Below, one piece after another: positions 1 through 9,724 of a stretch of DNA of 64,000 nucleotides. Location: NCBI GenBank assembly GCA_964416155.1, contig CAYQCW010000001.1, forward strand, positions 128,001-192,000, written 5' to 3'. The number at the start of each line of letters is the position of its first letter. Position 1 is the stretch's first letter. The notes under the pieces are model-generated. The model saw only the letters and a program-made list of their open reading frames with translations. It did not search any database and was not told the origin of the DNA. The stretch is from an uncultured Nitrososphaerota archaeon. Lineage in GTDB: Archaea > Thermoproteota > EX4484-205 > JAAOZP01. A program made the translations under genes and the position numbers.

Positions 1-94
1 AAACATCCTAATATAGTTTAAGGTCGACCATTTGTGAAACGATTCCCCTGGAAAAATTAAACAGCCATCTTACGCTGTTGAAGCGGGTGAACGA

Positions 95-1261
95 TCAAGC
101 CTTACCTGCCTCAAAAACCCAGCTATCCAGGTTTCTGCAAATCAACGTAAGTATTCGCGCAGACTCCTCAGGGTTTAACGCTAGAAAAAGCGCTGCAACA
201 TGCTTGCAAAACTGTTTTTGACCAATTCTTTTAACCCAATCCTCACAGTCATGAGCCAGCCTTCTGTCAGGAATATTTATGATAACGGTGTATTCCTTAA
301 CCTTAGCTTTAACCTTCTCTCCCCCAGCTTCCTCAACAACCACTTTCCCAACAAGCTCCCTCGCCCTCTCCAGCCTACCCTCCTCGAGGAAGGCCGAGAC
401 CAGTTTCTCAACACCCTTTTCGCCGGAAGAAAGCGCTGCTCCAACCCTGCTAACCGTCCTCCTTAAGCCCTCTTCCCCGAAGTAGCGAAGTATCTTGTTT
501 AAAGCCTCCTCCTGAGGCTTCTCAGCAGTTCCAACGATCTTCATCATTTGAAGCGCGTTCTTCACCGCATACCCTCTGAAGTGGTTGTTGAAGTAAACGT
601 AAACCTTCTTAGTCTTGGAGGAAAGCTCCTCCAGCCTCCCCTTCCACTCATTAAGCTCGTCAACCCCGTAATCGTAATAGTACCATGGTCTTTTCCCTCT
701 ACCGTGAAACCTTACGTAGGAGAACTCGCCAGTAACCTTTAGCAACGCGGGCAGAAGAGGCTCGTCGACAATACAGTACCCCACATTATTCTCCGAGAGA
801 ATTTTGAAAGCCTCATCGTTCATCCAAGTCGGATGCCTGAACTCAACAGCAAAATCGTAACCTTCTGGAAGATTCCCCATGAACTCGTTGAAGCCTTTGA
901 AGGCTTCGACAGGCTTGGGCGGAAGCTGGAAAAGCAGCGGCCCAAGCTTACCATCCTCCTTAAGAGGAGTGAGCACGCTTAGGAAGAGTTTTAAATCCCT
1001 CATAGCGCCTTTCTCCAGATCCATTAGTTTAACATGGGTTACTGTTTTAGGAACCTTAAGGGAGAACACGAAGCCTTTAGGCGAGGATCTTGCAATAGTA
1101 CGTATGAAGCCGGGAACAGGCTGCCTGTAGAAGGTTGAATCTATTTCAACCGTTTTAAAAACATTGGCATACTGTTGGAACATCTTCTCACTGCTCGTGT
1201 AGAAAACGTTAAGCCAATCCTTGTAGCTCCAGCCCGATGTCCCTATAACGATATTATTCAA
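95..1261 (-). CDS. DUF72 (YecE-like) protein fused to a C-terminal SWIM-type zinc finger
   Basis: DUF72 motifs GTSGWSY, VEIDSTFY, LFQLPP, AVEFRH, YVRFHGR, YFNNH; C-terminal HDCEDW-x9-CKHVAA resembles SWIM (CxC..CxH, with His as first ligand). Confidence 0.85.
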   Translation of the reverse strand: MNNIVIGTSGWSYKDWLNVFYTSSEKMFQQYANVFKTVEIDSTFYRQPVPGFIRTIARSSPKGFVFSLKVPKTVTHVKLMDLEKGAMRDLKLFLSVLTPLKEDGKLGPLLFQLPPKPVEAFKGFNEFMGNLPEGYDFAVEFRHPTWMNDEAFKILSENNVGYCIVDEPLLPALLKVTGEFSYVRFHGRGKRPWYYYDYGVDELNEWKGRLEELSSKTKKVYVYFNNHFRGYAVKNALQMMKIVGTAEKPQEEALNKILRYFGEEGLRRTVSRVGAALSSGEKGVEKLVSAFLEEGRLERARELVGKVVVEEAGGEKVKAKVKEYTVIINIPDRRLAHDCEDWVKRIGQKQFCKHVAALFLALNPEESARILTLICRNLDSWVFEAGKA

Positions 1262-1399
1262 CCCTTTAGAACATCTATTTCATCAGTGATAAACTTTTAG
1301 TTAGAACGCGCACTATAACGCTCTGGAACATCACCATTTATAATTCGATCGGTAAAAAATCTGGTTGAAAAGACAGTGTGCTTATCTATTGTTAAGACT

Positions 1400-2124
1400 A
1401 AATATGCATCTTACGGAAAGAACTTCTTATAAACCACCTAGAGAAAAACGTCAAATATGCTGGGTTTACTCCAGAGCTACGTGATTCTCTAATCCTTTTC
1501 TTCCTACTCGTCGGATTCCTGCAGCTATATTACTTGTCCTGCTGTCTTTTCCCAATTTTAACGATCTATTATCCTTACGGCTTTATTGCCCACATGCCCT
1601 TCTATACAGCCGAGTTCATCACACTCTGCGTTAAAATTGTGAAGATTTCCTTCTCAGACCTGTTCAGGAGCACGCGTTTAGGAGAAATACATGGATTCAT
1701 ATTGCCTAATTATATTCATTTGCCCGTTTATTTTTCGCCTACTTGCTCGTAAGCATCTCCGAGGAGGAGTTTTCCGCAGCTGCATCCTAGAAGGCCTTCT
1801 CAAGAAGTATGGAGTCACATTCTCAATCATCTTCTCGTCGCTTTTTTCGGCCTCTATCACTTCGGTTAACCTTTCCTACTCTACGGGCTGCAGGGAGCAA
1901 TAATGGCAGCAACCCACATGTTTTACTCATTTACAGCAGGGCTTTTCTTAGGATAACTCTACCATAAGACAGGCAGGAACCTTTTAGGACCGGTGAGCTA
2001 CCATTTCAGCCACTTATTCTTTAACATGCCGTATATATGGATGGAACAGGCTGCAATATCCTTTAGAGTTCAGCCTCTTCTCCCGAAATTCGGATGGTTG
2101 TTCAATGGACTCCTTACGTCTTAA
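1400..2124 (+). pseudogene. Degraded CPBP (CAAX protease/Abi) family membrane metalloprotease; 5' boundary approximate
   Basis: Across frameshifts reads VSISEE/VFRSCILEGLLKKYGVTFSIIFSSL/FFGLYHF and AGLFLG*LYHKTGRNLLGPVSYHF (TAA at 1954-1956): the EExxxR, FxxxH and terminal His motifs. Confidence 0.7.
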
Positions 2125-2316
2125 ACATGATTCAGATACTGACCCTTAGAATGATTCATTTAAATAAATAAAGCGGCATCATTCTTGTTAACAGCATGAG
2201 CAATATAGAAGATCGCTTGAGGTATCAACCTCATTCGCAACCTTGCTAAAAACGTTATTCAACTAGTTATAAGTTTCTAAAGGAGGAAGAAGTTTTTAAC
2301 GGCTCTTAGACGAAAA

Positions 2317-2335
2317 AGTTATAAGCTTTATAACT
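2317..2335. promoter_or_regulatory. TATA box within a perfect inverted repeat AGTTATAA-GCT-TTATAACT upstream of the creatininase gene
   Basis: Read directly; ends 18 nt before ATG 2354; A-rich BRE-like run immediately 5'. Confidence 0.5.
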
Positions 2336-2353
2336 ATAAGAAGATGGTTAGAA

Positions 2354-3130
2354 ATGCTTTGGGAATGTTTAACAAGCCCTGATATAAAGGAGGCAGCTGA
2401 GAAAAATCTCATTGCAATTCTTCCAGTGGGCTCGATCGAAATACATGGGCCCCACATGCCGACTGGAACAGACTCGATAACTATCCGCGAGATAACTAGG
2501 ATGGCTGTTGAAAAAGAGCCTGCAGTAGTCCTGCCGACACTTTATTACGTGTACGTGCCTGAGAACCGGCATTTCCCGGGAACCATATCGCTAAGCGCTA
2601 GGACAATACTTACTATTCTTGGAGAAATATGCGACGAGGTTGCGAGAAACGGTTTTAAAAAAATCCTTATTGTCAACGGTCATGGGGGAAACAACAATCT
2701 TCTCAGGGTTTTTCTGAGGGAAAGCCTGAATAAGAAGAAGGATTACGTTATTTACGCATTAATCGAGCCATGGTCCTCAATAGAGGAAATTGCTGAGAAA
2801 ATATGTGAGAGCAAGATAACCGGGCATGCTTGCGAACGTGAAACCAGCATGGGACTCTTCTTGTTTGAAAACCTGATTAAGATGGGGAATGTTAAGCAGG
2901 AGGCGGAGATAGGGGGGACGAATCTGCCTGGAATAGAGACGCCTGTCGACTGGCAGGCTTACGCGGTCCAGTTGTATCTCGGCGACCCGAGGCTGGCAAC
3001 CAAGGAAAAAGGGAAGATCTTGGTTGAAAGACTCGTTGATTTCGTAGTAGACGCGATAAGAAGAATTAAACAGGATGAGAAGGTTCCATTGATACTTGAC
3101 GATTTCTACAGGAGGGCTTATGGTCAGTAG
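2354..3130 (+). CDS. Creatininase/creatinine amidohydrolase family protein
   Basis: PVGSIEIHGPHMPTGTD, NGHGGN, GHACERETS motifs. Confidence 0.9.
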   Translation: MLWECLTSPDIKEAAEKNLIAILPVGSIEIHGPHMPTGTDSITIREITRMAVEKEPAVVLPTLYYVYVPENRHFPGTISLSARTILTILGEICDEVARNGFKKILIVNGHGGNNNLLRVFLRESLNKKKDYVIYALIEPWSSIEEIAEKICESKITGHACERETSMGLFLFENLIKMGNVKQEAEIGGTNLPGIETPVDWQAYAVQLYLGDPRLATKEKGKILVERLVDFVVDAIRRIKQDEKVPLILDDFYRRAYGQ

Positions 3131-3158
3131 GAAGGGCTCTGCTTAAAACGCCCATATG

Positions 3159-4280
3159 CTAGAACCGGTCTGAGTGCCAGATATGAGGGTTTCCGGCTGG
3201 AAACAATATTTCCAATGTTTTTTCAACCCTTCCCTCGTGCCTCACAGCTTGGTCCACCAGGACATTCTTCGGATGCCTGTAACCCAGAATAAGTTGCATC
3301 AACACCCATTGGGGAAGCTCAATCCAGTTTACCGATGCGTTTTCTGAAAGAGATATTCCGGAGTCAGAAATTTCAAGTGTGATCAGACCTATGTCTGTCT
3401 TAAAAGATATTTGCGAAGGCAAGCTTTTTGCACAAGCCTCCTTTAAGCGTTCTTCAAGCGCCGGAACAAGTTTTTCGAAAGTTGATTTGAGATTAATAAT
3501 TCTTCCCATACCGTCTGAAGCATATGGGTAGTCGATGCTTATCGTGCATCCTAGGCTTTTGCAAATCTCTGCAAAAGGATGGTCGAACGGAACGTATATT
3601 TCGAGCTCAGTCGCCCTCTTTTTAAAAGCAGCGTCACAAATGTAATGTAGAACATGTTCATATAGGAAAATATCTTCAGCGCCGACCTCCGTAATCCTCG
3701 TCACTCTGGGCCACCGGTCAGTAGCACAGTAAGCGACTATCCTTCCAGACTCGTCTTCGAAAACGGTTCCGTCGACGGGTATCCCCCACCAGCTTCCGTT
3801 TCTAAACCTAATCCACTCACCTCTATATCTTTTCAGTGGACCTGTCCTATGCTTGTTCATCGACTCATAGATATCTAGCACCGTGCTAGCGTCTTCCTTA
3901 CGCATTGGGCGAGCGTGAAGTCCAGGTTTAGCTCTTTCCGCATTTCTAAGGGGGATAGTAATCTTGTAGTTAGGAAGCGTGGAGGCATATCCCCATCTAA
4001 TATAGTAGTCAGGTATGCCGAAGAGCATTGAAACATCATACCCATTTCTAACCATATATTCGATTGAAAACTCCATAACCTTTCTTGAATACCCTTTCAT
4101 CCTGTGTTCTTCGAGTGTCCCAACCCCGCCGATCCCGCCCATTTTCAAATAAGTTTTTCCAACCTTTGCTTCAAGATCGTTGATGATGAGCCAGCTAACC
4201 GGCGATCCTCCCAGCTCATCTAGAAGAAGCTCAACCCTATGCGACCTCGCCGAGTCAGTAACCCTTATCTCGCTTCCCAT
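3159..4280 (-). CDS. Eis-like GNAT N-acetyltransferase (tandem GNAT plus SCP2-like C-terminus)
   Basis: GGIGGVGTLEEHRMKGYS acetyl-CoA motif, LFGIPDYYIRWGY, MGRIINL. Confidence 0.8.
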   Translation of the reverse strand: MGSEIRVTDSARSHRVELLLDELGGSPVSWLIINDLEAKVGKTYLKMGGIGGVGTLEEHRMKGYSRKVMEFSIEYMVRNGYDVSMLFGIPDYYIRWGYASTLPNYKITIPLRNAERAKPGLHARPMRKEDASTVLDIYESMNKHRTGPLKRYRGEWIRFRNGSWWGIPVDGTVFEDESGRIVAYCATDRWPRVTRITEVGAEDIFLYEHVLHYICDAAFKKRATELEIYVPFDHPFAEICKSLGCTISIDYPYASDGMGRIINLKSTFEKLVPALEERLKEACAKSLPSQISFKTDIGLITLEISDSGISLSENASVNWIELPQWVLMQLILGYRHPKNVLVDQAVRHEGRVEKTLEILFPAGNPHIWHSDRF

Positions 4281-4327
4281 AGGCCTTTTCTAAAACAATG
4301 CCCTTAAAAAAACTTAGCGTATTCTAC

Positions 4328-5368
4328 TCATTTAGACTCAATATAGTAGAGATCCTGCCTCGGATCCCTTATTAAAGGTCGTTTCTTGACGAAATTATTT
4401 CCGACAAGTATTGCGAGAGCGTGCCGTACAGTCCTGGCGGGAAGCATCGTCTTCTTAACGATGTCTTTCTGGGTTAAAGCCCCCTCGTATTCAAGAACCT
4501 TCAAAATGAGTTTAGCACTGGGAGGCAGACTGCTTATGTCGAGAGACATCCTAGCCTTCTTCTCAAGCCTTCTTGCAAGAAGCGCTTCGCTGAGCCTTAC
4601 GAATCCAGCGTCCTCACCCCTCTTAACGAGGATCTTCTCAGTCACCTTCATCCTGTATCCACCATCAACGATGACTTCACAAGCGGAATTGCTGACCATG
4701 TCTCGGATTTCTATAAGGCTTTCAAGAGGGGTTACTAAGGGTCTTCTAGTAAGATTTAAAGAGTTAACTGGGACTATGCTCGCCACCTTGGCTTGCGGAT
4801 GTATTATTGGTCCTCCTGTTGAAAGAGCATACGCCGTTGAACCTATGGGTGTAGAAACTATGAGGCCGTCGCCTATATCCCTCCAGACGAACTCGCCATC
4901 AACGTAAAGACTGTATTCAAGTATTGTAGCGCTTTTCCTCGGGAAGATTGCCAGCTCGTTAAGCGCACACGGTGTTTCAGCATCGTCTACCACAGCCTTA
5001 AGCCTTGAAGAATACTCTACGCTATACTCTCTTCTTAGAAAAACCCCTAGAGCGTCGCCAAGCCTCTCCAGAGTCGTCTCCATCAGGAAACTGTTATTCT
5101 CAGTCTTGCTAACCCCTAGGATGAGCACATCCTTGGATTTCACGTGGTGCAACGCTTTCAAAACATCCTTATCCTCACCCAGGATTAGGAGAAGACCCTC
5201 GTTAAGCTTCTCAAGCTCTTCGAGACGCTTGACGCGCGTAACCTCCACTCCGATGCGATTGACCGTTCTCAAGCATTCCTTAAGAAGACCACGCTCGAAC
5301 CTCGCTGGAGCTAACACTATGTTCAACTGTTTCAGTAGTGTATTAGAAGGGTTATTTATTGTTTTCAA
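4328..5368 (-). CDS. NAD kinase-fold protein fused to a C-terminal MarR-like winged HTH (start possibly TTG 5326)
   Basis: LNELAI and GDGLIVSTPIGSTAYALSTGGP NAD-kinase motifs; GGDG replaced by GEDK; C-terminal LPPSAKLILKVLEYEGALTQKDIVKKTMLPARTVRHAL..RDPRQDLY wHTH. Confidence 0.85.
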   Translation of the reverse strand: MKTINNPSNTLLKQLNIVLAPARFERGLLKECLRTVNRIGVEVTRVKRLEELEKLNEGLLLILGEDKDVLKALHHVKSKDVLILGVSKTENNSFLMETTLERLGDALGVFLRREYSVEYSSRLKAVVDDAETPCALNELAIFPRKSATILEYSLYVDGEFVWRDIGDGLIVSTPIGSTAYALSTGGPIIHPQAKVASIVPVNSLNLTRRPLVTPLESLIEIRDMVSNSACEVIVDGGYRMKVTEKILVKRGEDAGFVRLSEALLARRLEKKARMSLDISSLPPSAKLILKVLEYEGALTQKDIVKKTMLPARTVRHALAILVGNNFVKKRPLIRDPRQDLYYIESK

Positions 5369-5438
5369 CGGTTTAAAAATGTTGCAGCTCTATTTTGCCT
5401 CTTAACGAAGCATTTATGCAATTATTGCCTGAATAGAA

Positions 5439-5454
5439 CCCCTTAAATAAGGGG
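5439..5454. promoter_or_regulatory. nadA promoter TATA (TTAAATAA) embedded in inverted repeat CCCCTTA-AA-TAAGGGG; candidate operator
   Basis: Perfect 7-bp arms read directly; TATA about 30 nt upstream of ATG 5478. Confidence 0.55.
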
Positions 5455-5477
5455 GCTTAAGGCTTCAAGAGAAGCTG

Positions 5478-6413
5478 ATGGAAGACCTTAGCCGTAAAAT
5501 ACGTGAAAAAGCGAGAGACATGAGTGCTACAATACTAGCCCACAATTATCAGAGGCCCGAGGTGCAGGATGTTGCCGATTTCGTCGGCGACAGCCTGGAA
5601 CTCTCCATCAAGGCTATGGAGACCGATGCTGAAACGATAGTTTTCGCGGGCGTAGACTTCATGGTTGAGCAAGCAGCTGTGCTGAACCCCGGTAAGACAG
5701 TATTAACGCCTGAGCCGAGCTCCATCTGCCCCATGGCGTGGCAGCTTGACCCCCCTATGGTTGACGAATACCGTAGGAAAAACCCGGATGTGCCCCTAGT
5801 AGTTTACGTGAATTCTTTCGTCGAGGTCAAGTCTATGGCGGACTACGTGGTTACCAGCAGCAGTGCCTCCAAACTGGTTTCCATGCTTAATGCTGAGAAA
5901 ATCCTTTTCGGGCCGGATAGGAACCTCGCGTCCTACGTTGCTGAAACCACGGGGAAGGAGGTTATCGCTGTTCCTCTAAACAGCTACTGTCCGGTTCACA
6001 TAGGAATCACAGCGGGTAAAATATTATCGGCTAAGGAAAGGATACCGGATGCGAAGGTACTTGTGCATCCCGAATGCCCGCCTGAAACAAGGAGGCTGGC
6101 GGATTTCGTTGGCAGCACGAGCCAAATAATTAGAGCAGCGGGAGAGATTAATGCAAAGCGTTTTATAATAGGCACTGAGAACGGGGTGGTTCACAGAGTC
6201 TCAAAGCTTTATTCCGGCAAGGAGGCTTATCCTGCCAGTAAAGACACTATATGTCCCAACATGAAAAAGATAACGCTTGAAAAAGTATACAGGAGCCTCG
6301 TTAGCGGTGAGACCGTTGTTAAGATTGATGAGAAGCTTGCTGAGAAGGCTAGGAAAGTTCTTGAAAGAAGCTTTGCTCTTCTGGGGGTTGAGACACCTTG
6401 GTCGAGGAAGTAA
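5478..6413 (+). CDS. nadA: Quinolinate synthase
   Basis: ILAHNYQ, VGDSL, CPMA, YVNS, CPVH, HPEC, GSTS, GTE, CPNMKK (three Fe-S Cys). Confidence 0.97.
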   Translation: MEDLSRKIREKARDMSATILAHNYQRPEVQDVADFVGDSLELSIKAMETDAETIVFAGVDFMVEQAAVLNPGKTVLTPEPSSICPMAWQLDPPMVDEYRRKNPDVPLVVYVNSFVEVKSMADYVVTSSSASKLVSMLNAEKILFGPDRNLASYVAETTGKEVIAVPLNSYCPVHIGITAGKILSAKERIPDAKVLVHPECPPETRRLADFVGSTSQIIRAAGEINAKRFIIGTENGVVHRVSKLYSGKEAYPASKDTICPNMKKITLEKVYRSLVSGETVVKIDEKLAEKARKVLERSFALLGVETPWSRK

Positions 6414-7252
6414 TTTTCAGAAAATTTATCGAGTGGCTCTCCGAGGATGTTCCCTACTGGGACGTGACCTCTGAGATAATATCTCCACAGGTTACGTGCG
6501 AGGCGGTTATAATAGCTAAGGAGGAGGGTGTTGCAGCCTGCTGCGAGGATCTTGCTCTGATACTTGAGAAGATGGGTTTCACGGTTAGAGTTTTGAAGAA
6601 GAGTGGCGAGAGATTCATAAAATGGGATCAAATAATGTGGATTAAAGGCAATATGCGTAGGCTCATGGAGATTGAAAGACTGTTGCTGAACATTCTCTCC
6701 CAAGCCTTCGGAGTGGCAACACTAACCAGGGCCTTTGTTGAGAAAGCGAGAAGAATAAACCCGAACGTGAAGATAGCTGCAACGAGGAAGGTTAAACCCG
6801 GCTTCCAGTATTTCGAGAAGAAGGCTATTGCAGCCGCGGGCGGTGACACTCATAGGCTGAACCTGTCAGACATGATTCTCATCAAGGAGAACCATTTAAA
6901 GTATTTCAACTCGGTGGGTGAAGCTGTTAAGAAGGCTAGGGAGCTGGCGAGCTTCAGCAAGAAGATAGAGGTCGAGGTGGCTGAGGCTGAGGATGCTGTG
7001 GAAGCTGCTGAGGCGGGTGCAGACATAATCATGCTTGACAATTGCACTCCTGAAAAAGCAAGAAAGACGATTGAAATGCTTAGAGGGAAAGGGTTGAGAA
7101 GCAGGATTCTGGTAGAGGTCTCCGGCGGAGTGAAGCTTGAAAACCTTGAAGAGTATGTGGAAGCCGGCCCAGATATAATAAGCTCAGGGGAGCTAACACA
7201 TTCAGCAAAAGCAATAGACATATCGCTCGAAGTCACGAGGGTTGAGAAATGA
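6398..7252 (+). CDS. nadC: Nicotinate-nucleotide diphosphorylase (quinolinate phosphoribosyltransferase)
   Basis: ATRK, HRLNLSDMILIKENH, EVEV, IMLDN, EVSGG; overlaps nadA end. Confidence 0.96.
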   Translation: MVEEVIFRKFIEWLSEDVPYWDVTSEIISPQVTCEAVIIAKEEGVAACCEDLALILEKMGFTVRVLKKSGERFIKWDQIMWIKGNMRRLMEIERLLLNILSQAFGVATLTRAFVEKARRINPNVKIAATRKVKPGFQYFEKKAIAAAGGDTHRLNLSDMILIKENHLKYFNSVGEAVKKARELASFSKKIEVEVAEAEDAVEAAEAGADIIMLDNCTPEKARKTIEMLRGKGLRSRILVEVSGGVKLENLEEYVEAGPDIISSGELTHSAKAIDISLEVTRVEK

Positions 7253-8034
7253 AGAGGATAGGGTTGATAGGGTGTGGTGCAATAGGCTCCCTCATAGCCA
7301 AAGCTGTAGACGAGGGCAAGGTTAACGCGAAACTGGTTTACGTCTATGATTCTCGTAAGGAGGCTGCGTTGAAACTGGTTGAGAAACTGAGGAGCAAGCC
7401 GAAGGTTCCAGAAGGGATAGAGGCGATGTTGAAAGACAGGAGGCTTGAGGTTATTGTCGAGGCTGCAAGCGACGAGGCTGTTCTAAAATACCTTAAACCC
7501 ATTGTTAAAGCCGGGAAAGAGGTTCTTGTGATGAGCATAGGGGGGCTTCTTTTTCCTGAGACAAGGGAAATATATGAGGAAAACTCTAGCAGAATACATG
7601 TTCCGGCGGGAGCAATCGCTGGACTGGATGCTATCCAAGCCATAAGCCTAGTTGGTGTAGACGCGGTGGTTTTAACCACGAGGAAGCCTCCTGAAGCATT
7701 AGCCTACTCCAACTATTTCAAGGAGAAAGGGATTGAATTAGATAAAATCAGGGAGCCGACGCTCGTCTACGAGGGGCCTGTTGAAGACGCTTTAATAAAT
7801 TTTCCCCGAAGCGTAAACGTTGCGGCAGCACTAGCCTTATACTCTAAATCAGGGGTCAAGGTTAGAATAATAGCGGACCCGACTAGGAAGGAGATACTGC
7901 ATGAGATAAGTGTTGAATCAAAGGTTTCCAACCTGAAGATACTGGTTGAGAACATCCCGCATCCGGATAATCCTAGGACAAGCTACTTGGCGGCATTATC
8001 CTGCATCCAGAAACTCAGGGAAATCTGCGGCTGA
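7249..8034 (+). CDS. nadX: L-aspartate dehydrogenase
   Basis: GCGAIG, VEAAS, GAIAGLD, TTRKPP, FPRSVNVAAAL, NPRTSYLAALS; ATGA overlap with nadC. Confidence 0.93.
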   Translation: MKRIGLIGCGAIGSLIAKAVDEGKVNAKLVYVYDSRKEAALKLVEKLRSKPKVPEGIEAMLKDRRLEVIVEAASDEAVLKYLKPIVKAGKEVLVMSIGGLLFPETREIYEENSSRIHVPAGAIAGLDAIQAISLVGVDAVVLTTRKPPEALAYSNYFKEKGIELDKIREPTLVYEGPVEDALINFPRSVNVAAALALYSKSGVKVRIIADPTRKEILHEISVESKVSNLKILVENIPHPDNPRTSYLAALSCIQKLREICG

Positions 8035-8129
8035 ACACTGGAGGCGGTGGTTTCTTAGCATGCGCCAACACCATAGAAAAGTTTATAAATGCGTTTGAGA
8101 AAATTCTCGACAGCCGAGAAGAGATAGTT

Positions 8130-9677
8130 ATGAGTAATAATGCAGTTAAAGTCTATGTTCTAGACCCTGCTTCAATACTTACCGGAGTAGCCGCTAGGGC
8201 AGTTGAAAACGGCGAGGTGGCGGGCAGGATAATAGTGCATAAGGCCATAGTGTCAGAGTTTGAAAGAAAAGCCAGATTTGGGGATGAAACAGGGTTAAAC
8301 GGCTTAAAATCGCTTAAAGATGCGGCGTCGGCGAAGGGGTTTGATGTGGAATTCATAGGCTCTTCAAACACTCCTGAAGAAGTCTCAACAGTACTGAGAG
8401 ACCTAGCGATGAACACGGGCGGCACGCTTGTTTCATGCGACCCGGTTTTGACTAAGACAGCAAGAGCAATGGGGATTGAGGCAATCTACCTTAGCCCAGT
8501 TGGGAAGGCTAAGCTTGAAGAATTCTTTAAACCAGGCATAATGTCGATACATCTCAAGGAGAATGTTATTCCGAAGGCGAAGGAAGGGATTCCTGGCAGA
8601 TGGGTTTACAGGGATGTGGGGGAGAAACCAATCAGCAAGCCTGAGCTTGAATCCATAATAGCCGACGTGATGGAGAGGGTCCAGTTCACGAACCAGGGTT
8701 TTGTGGAGATAGATAAGGCGGGCTCAACAATAATACAGTTGAAGGACCTCAGGATAGTCATAACTAGGCCACCCTTCTCCGACGGGCTTGAAATAACCGC
8801 GGTTAAACCACTCGTTAAGAGAAGCCTTGAAGAGTATGATTTGGCTGACAAGCTTGTTCAGAGGCTTAAGACCCAGGCTGAAGGAATACTCATAGCTGGG
8901 GCTCCTGGGATGGGGAAATCCACATTCGCCCAGGCTCTCGCAGAGTTCTATAGGTCGATGAACAAGGTTGTTAAAACAATAGAGAGCCCGAGGGATCTTC
9001 AACTCCCGCCTGATGTTACTCAGTATTCTAAGACAGCGGCTGAACCTAGCGAGCTTCACGACGTATTACTGTTAAGCAGGCCGGACTACACGATATACGA
9101 TGAGCTTAGAGACACTAACGACTTCAACATTTTCATAGATCTTAGGCTTGCAGGCATAGGGATGGTCGGCGTCATACATGCTACAACACCCATGGATGCT
9201 GTTCAACGCTTCACTGGCAGGACTGACCTCGGGCTAATACCGTCCATCATCGATACAGTCATATTCATGAAGGAGGGGGAGGTTTTGAAAATATACACGC
9301 TTGAAACAGTTGTGAAGATACCTAAGGGGATGAGGAACGCTGACCTAGCTAGGCCGACGATAGTCGTTAAAAACTTCTTGACCGGGGAGGCGGATTACGA
9401 GCTCTACGTCTTCGGAGAGCAAACCTTCATAGTTCCAGTTCGTAAGAAGAAGACAGGGTACGAGGAGAAGCTTAAGGAGGAGGTGCAGGCAATAGTGCGC
9501 AACCAGATTTCAGACTTCGACATCAGGATCGAGGGGGACAGGCTGATTCTGTATACCAACAAGGAGGACATCCCCATACTTGTTAAGAAGTATAATAAGA
9601 AGCTTAACAGGTTTGCGAAGAGAATCAACATGAACATTGAGATAAGCCCCCAGACCAGGCGTGAAAGCGAGTATTGA
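8130..9677 (+). CDS. PINA-type ATPase (PIN domain + VirB11-like ATPase + KH-like C-terminus)
   Basis: N-terminal PIN-like VLDPAS; MSIHLKE, RPPFSDGLEITAV, GAPGMGKSTFAQAL, ESPRDL, RPDYTIYDELR, GVIHA. Confidence 0.9.
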   Translation: MSNNAVKVYVLDPASILTGVAARAVENGEVAGRIIVHKAIVSEFERKARFGDETGLNGLKSLKDAASAKGFDVEFIGSSNTPEEVSTVLRDLAMNTGGTLVSCDPVLTKTARAMGIEAIYLSPVGKAKLEEFFKPGIMSIHLKENVIPKAKEGIPGRWVYRDVGEKPISKPELESIIADVMERVQFTNQGFVEIDKAGSTIIQLKDLRIVITRPPFSDGLEITAVKPLVKRSLEEYDLADKLVQRLKTQAEGILIAGAPGMGKSTFAQALAEFYRSMNKVVKTIESPRDLQLPPDVTQYSKTAAEPSELHDVLLLSRPDYTIYDELRDTNDFNIFIDLRLAGIGMVGVIHATTPMDAVQRFTGRTDLGLIPSIIDTVIFMKEGEVLKIYTLETVVKIPKGMRNADLARPTIVVKNFLTGEADYELYVFGEQTFIVPVRKKKTGYEEKLKEEVQAIVRNQISDFDIRIEGDRLILYTNKEDIPILVKKYNKKLNRFAKRINMNIEISPQTRRESEY

Positions 9678-9724
9678 GACTTCATTTTTAGCTTACGTTA
9701 AACCCATAAAAACTATGGTTGATA

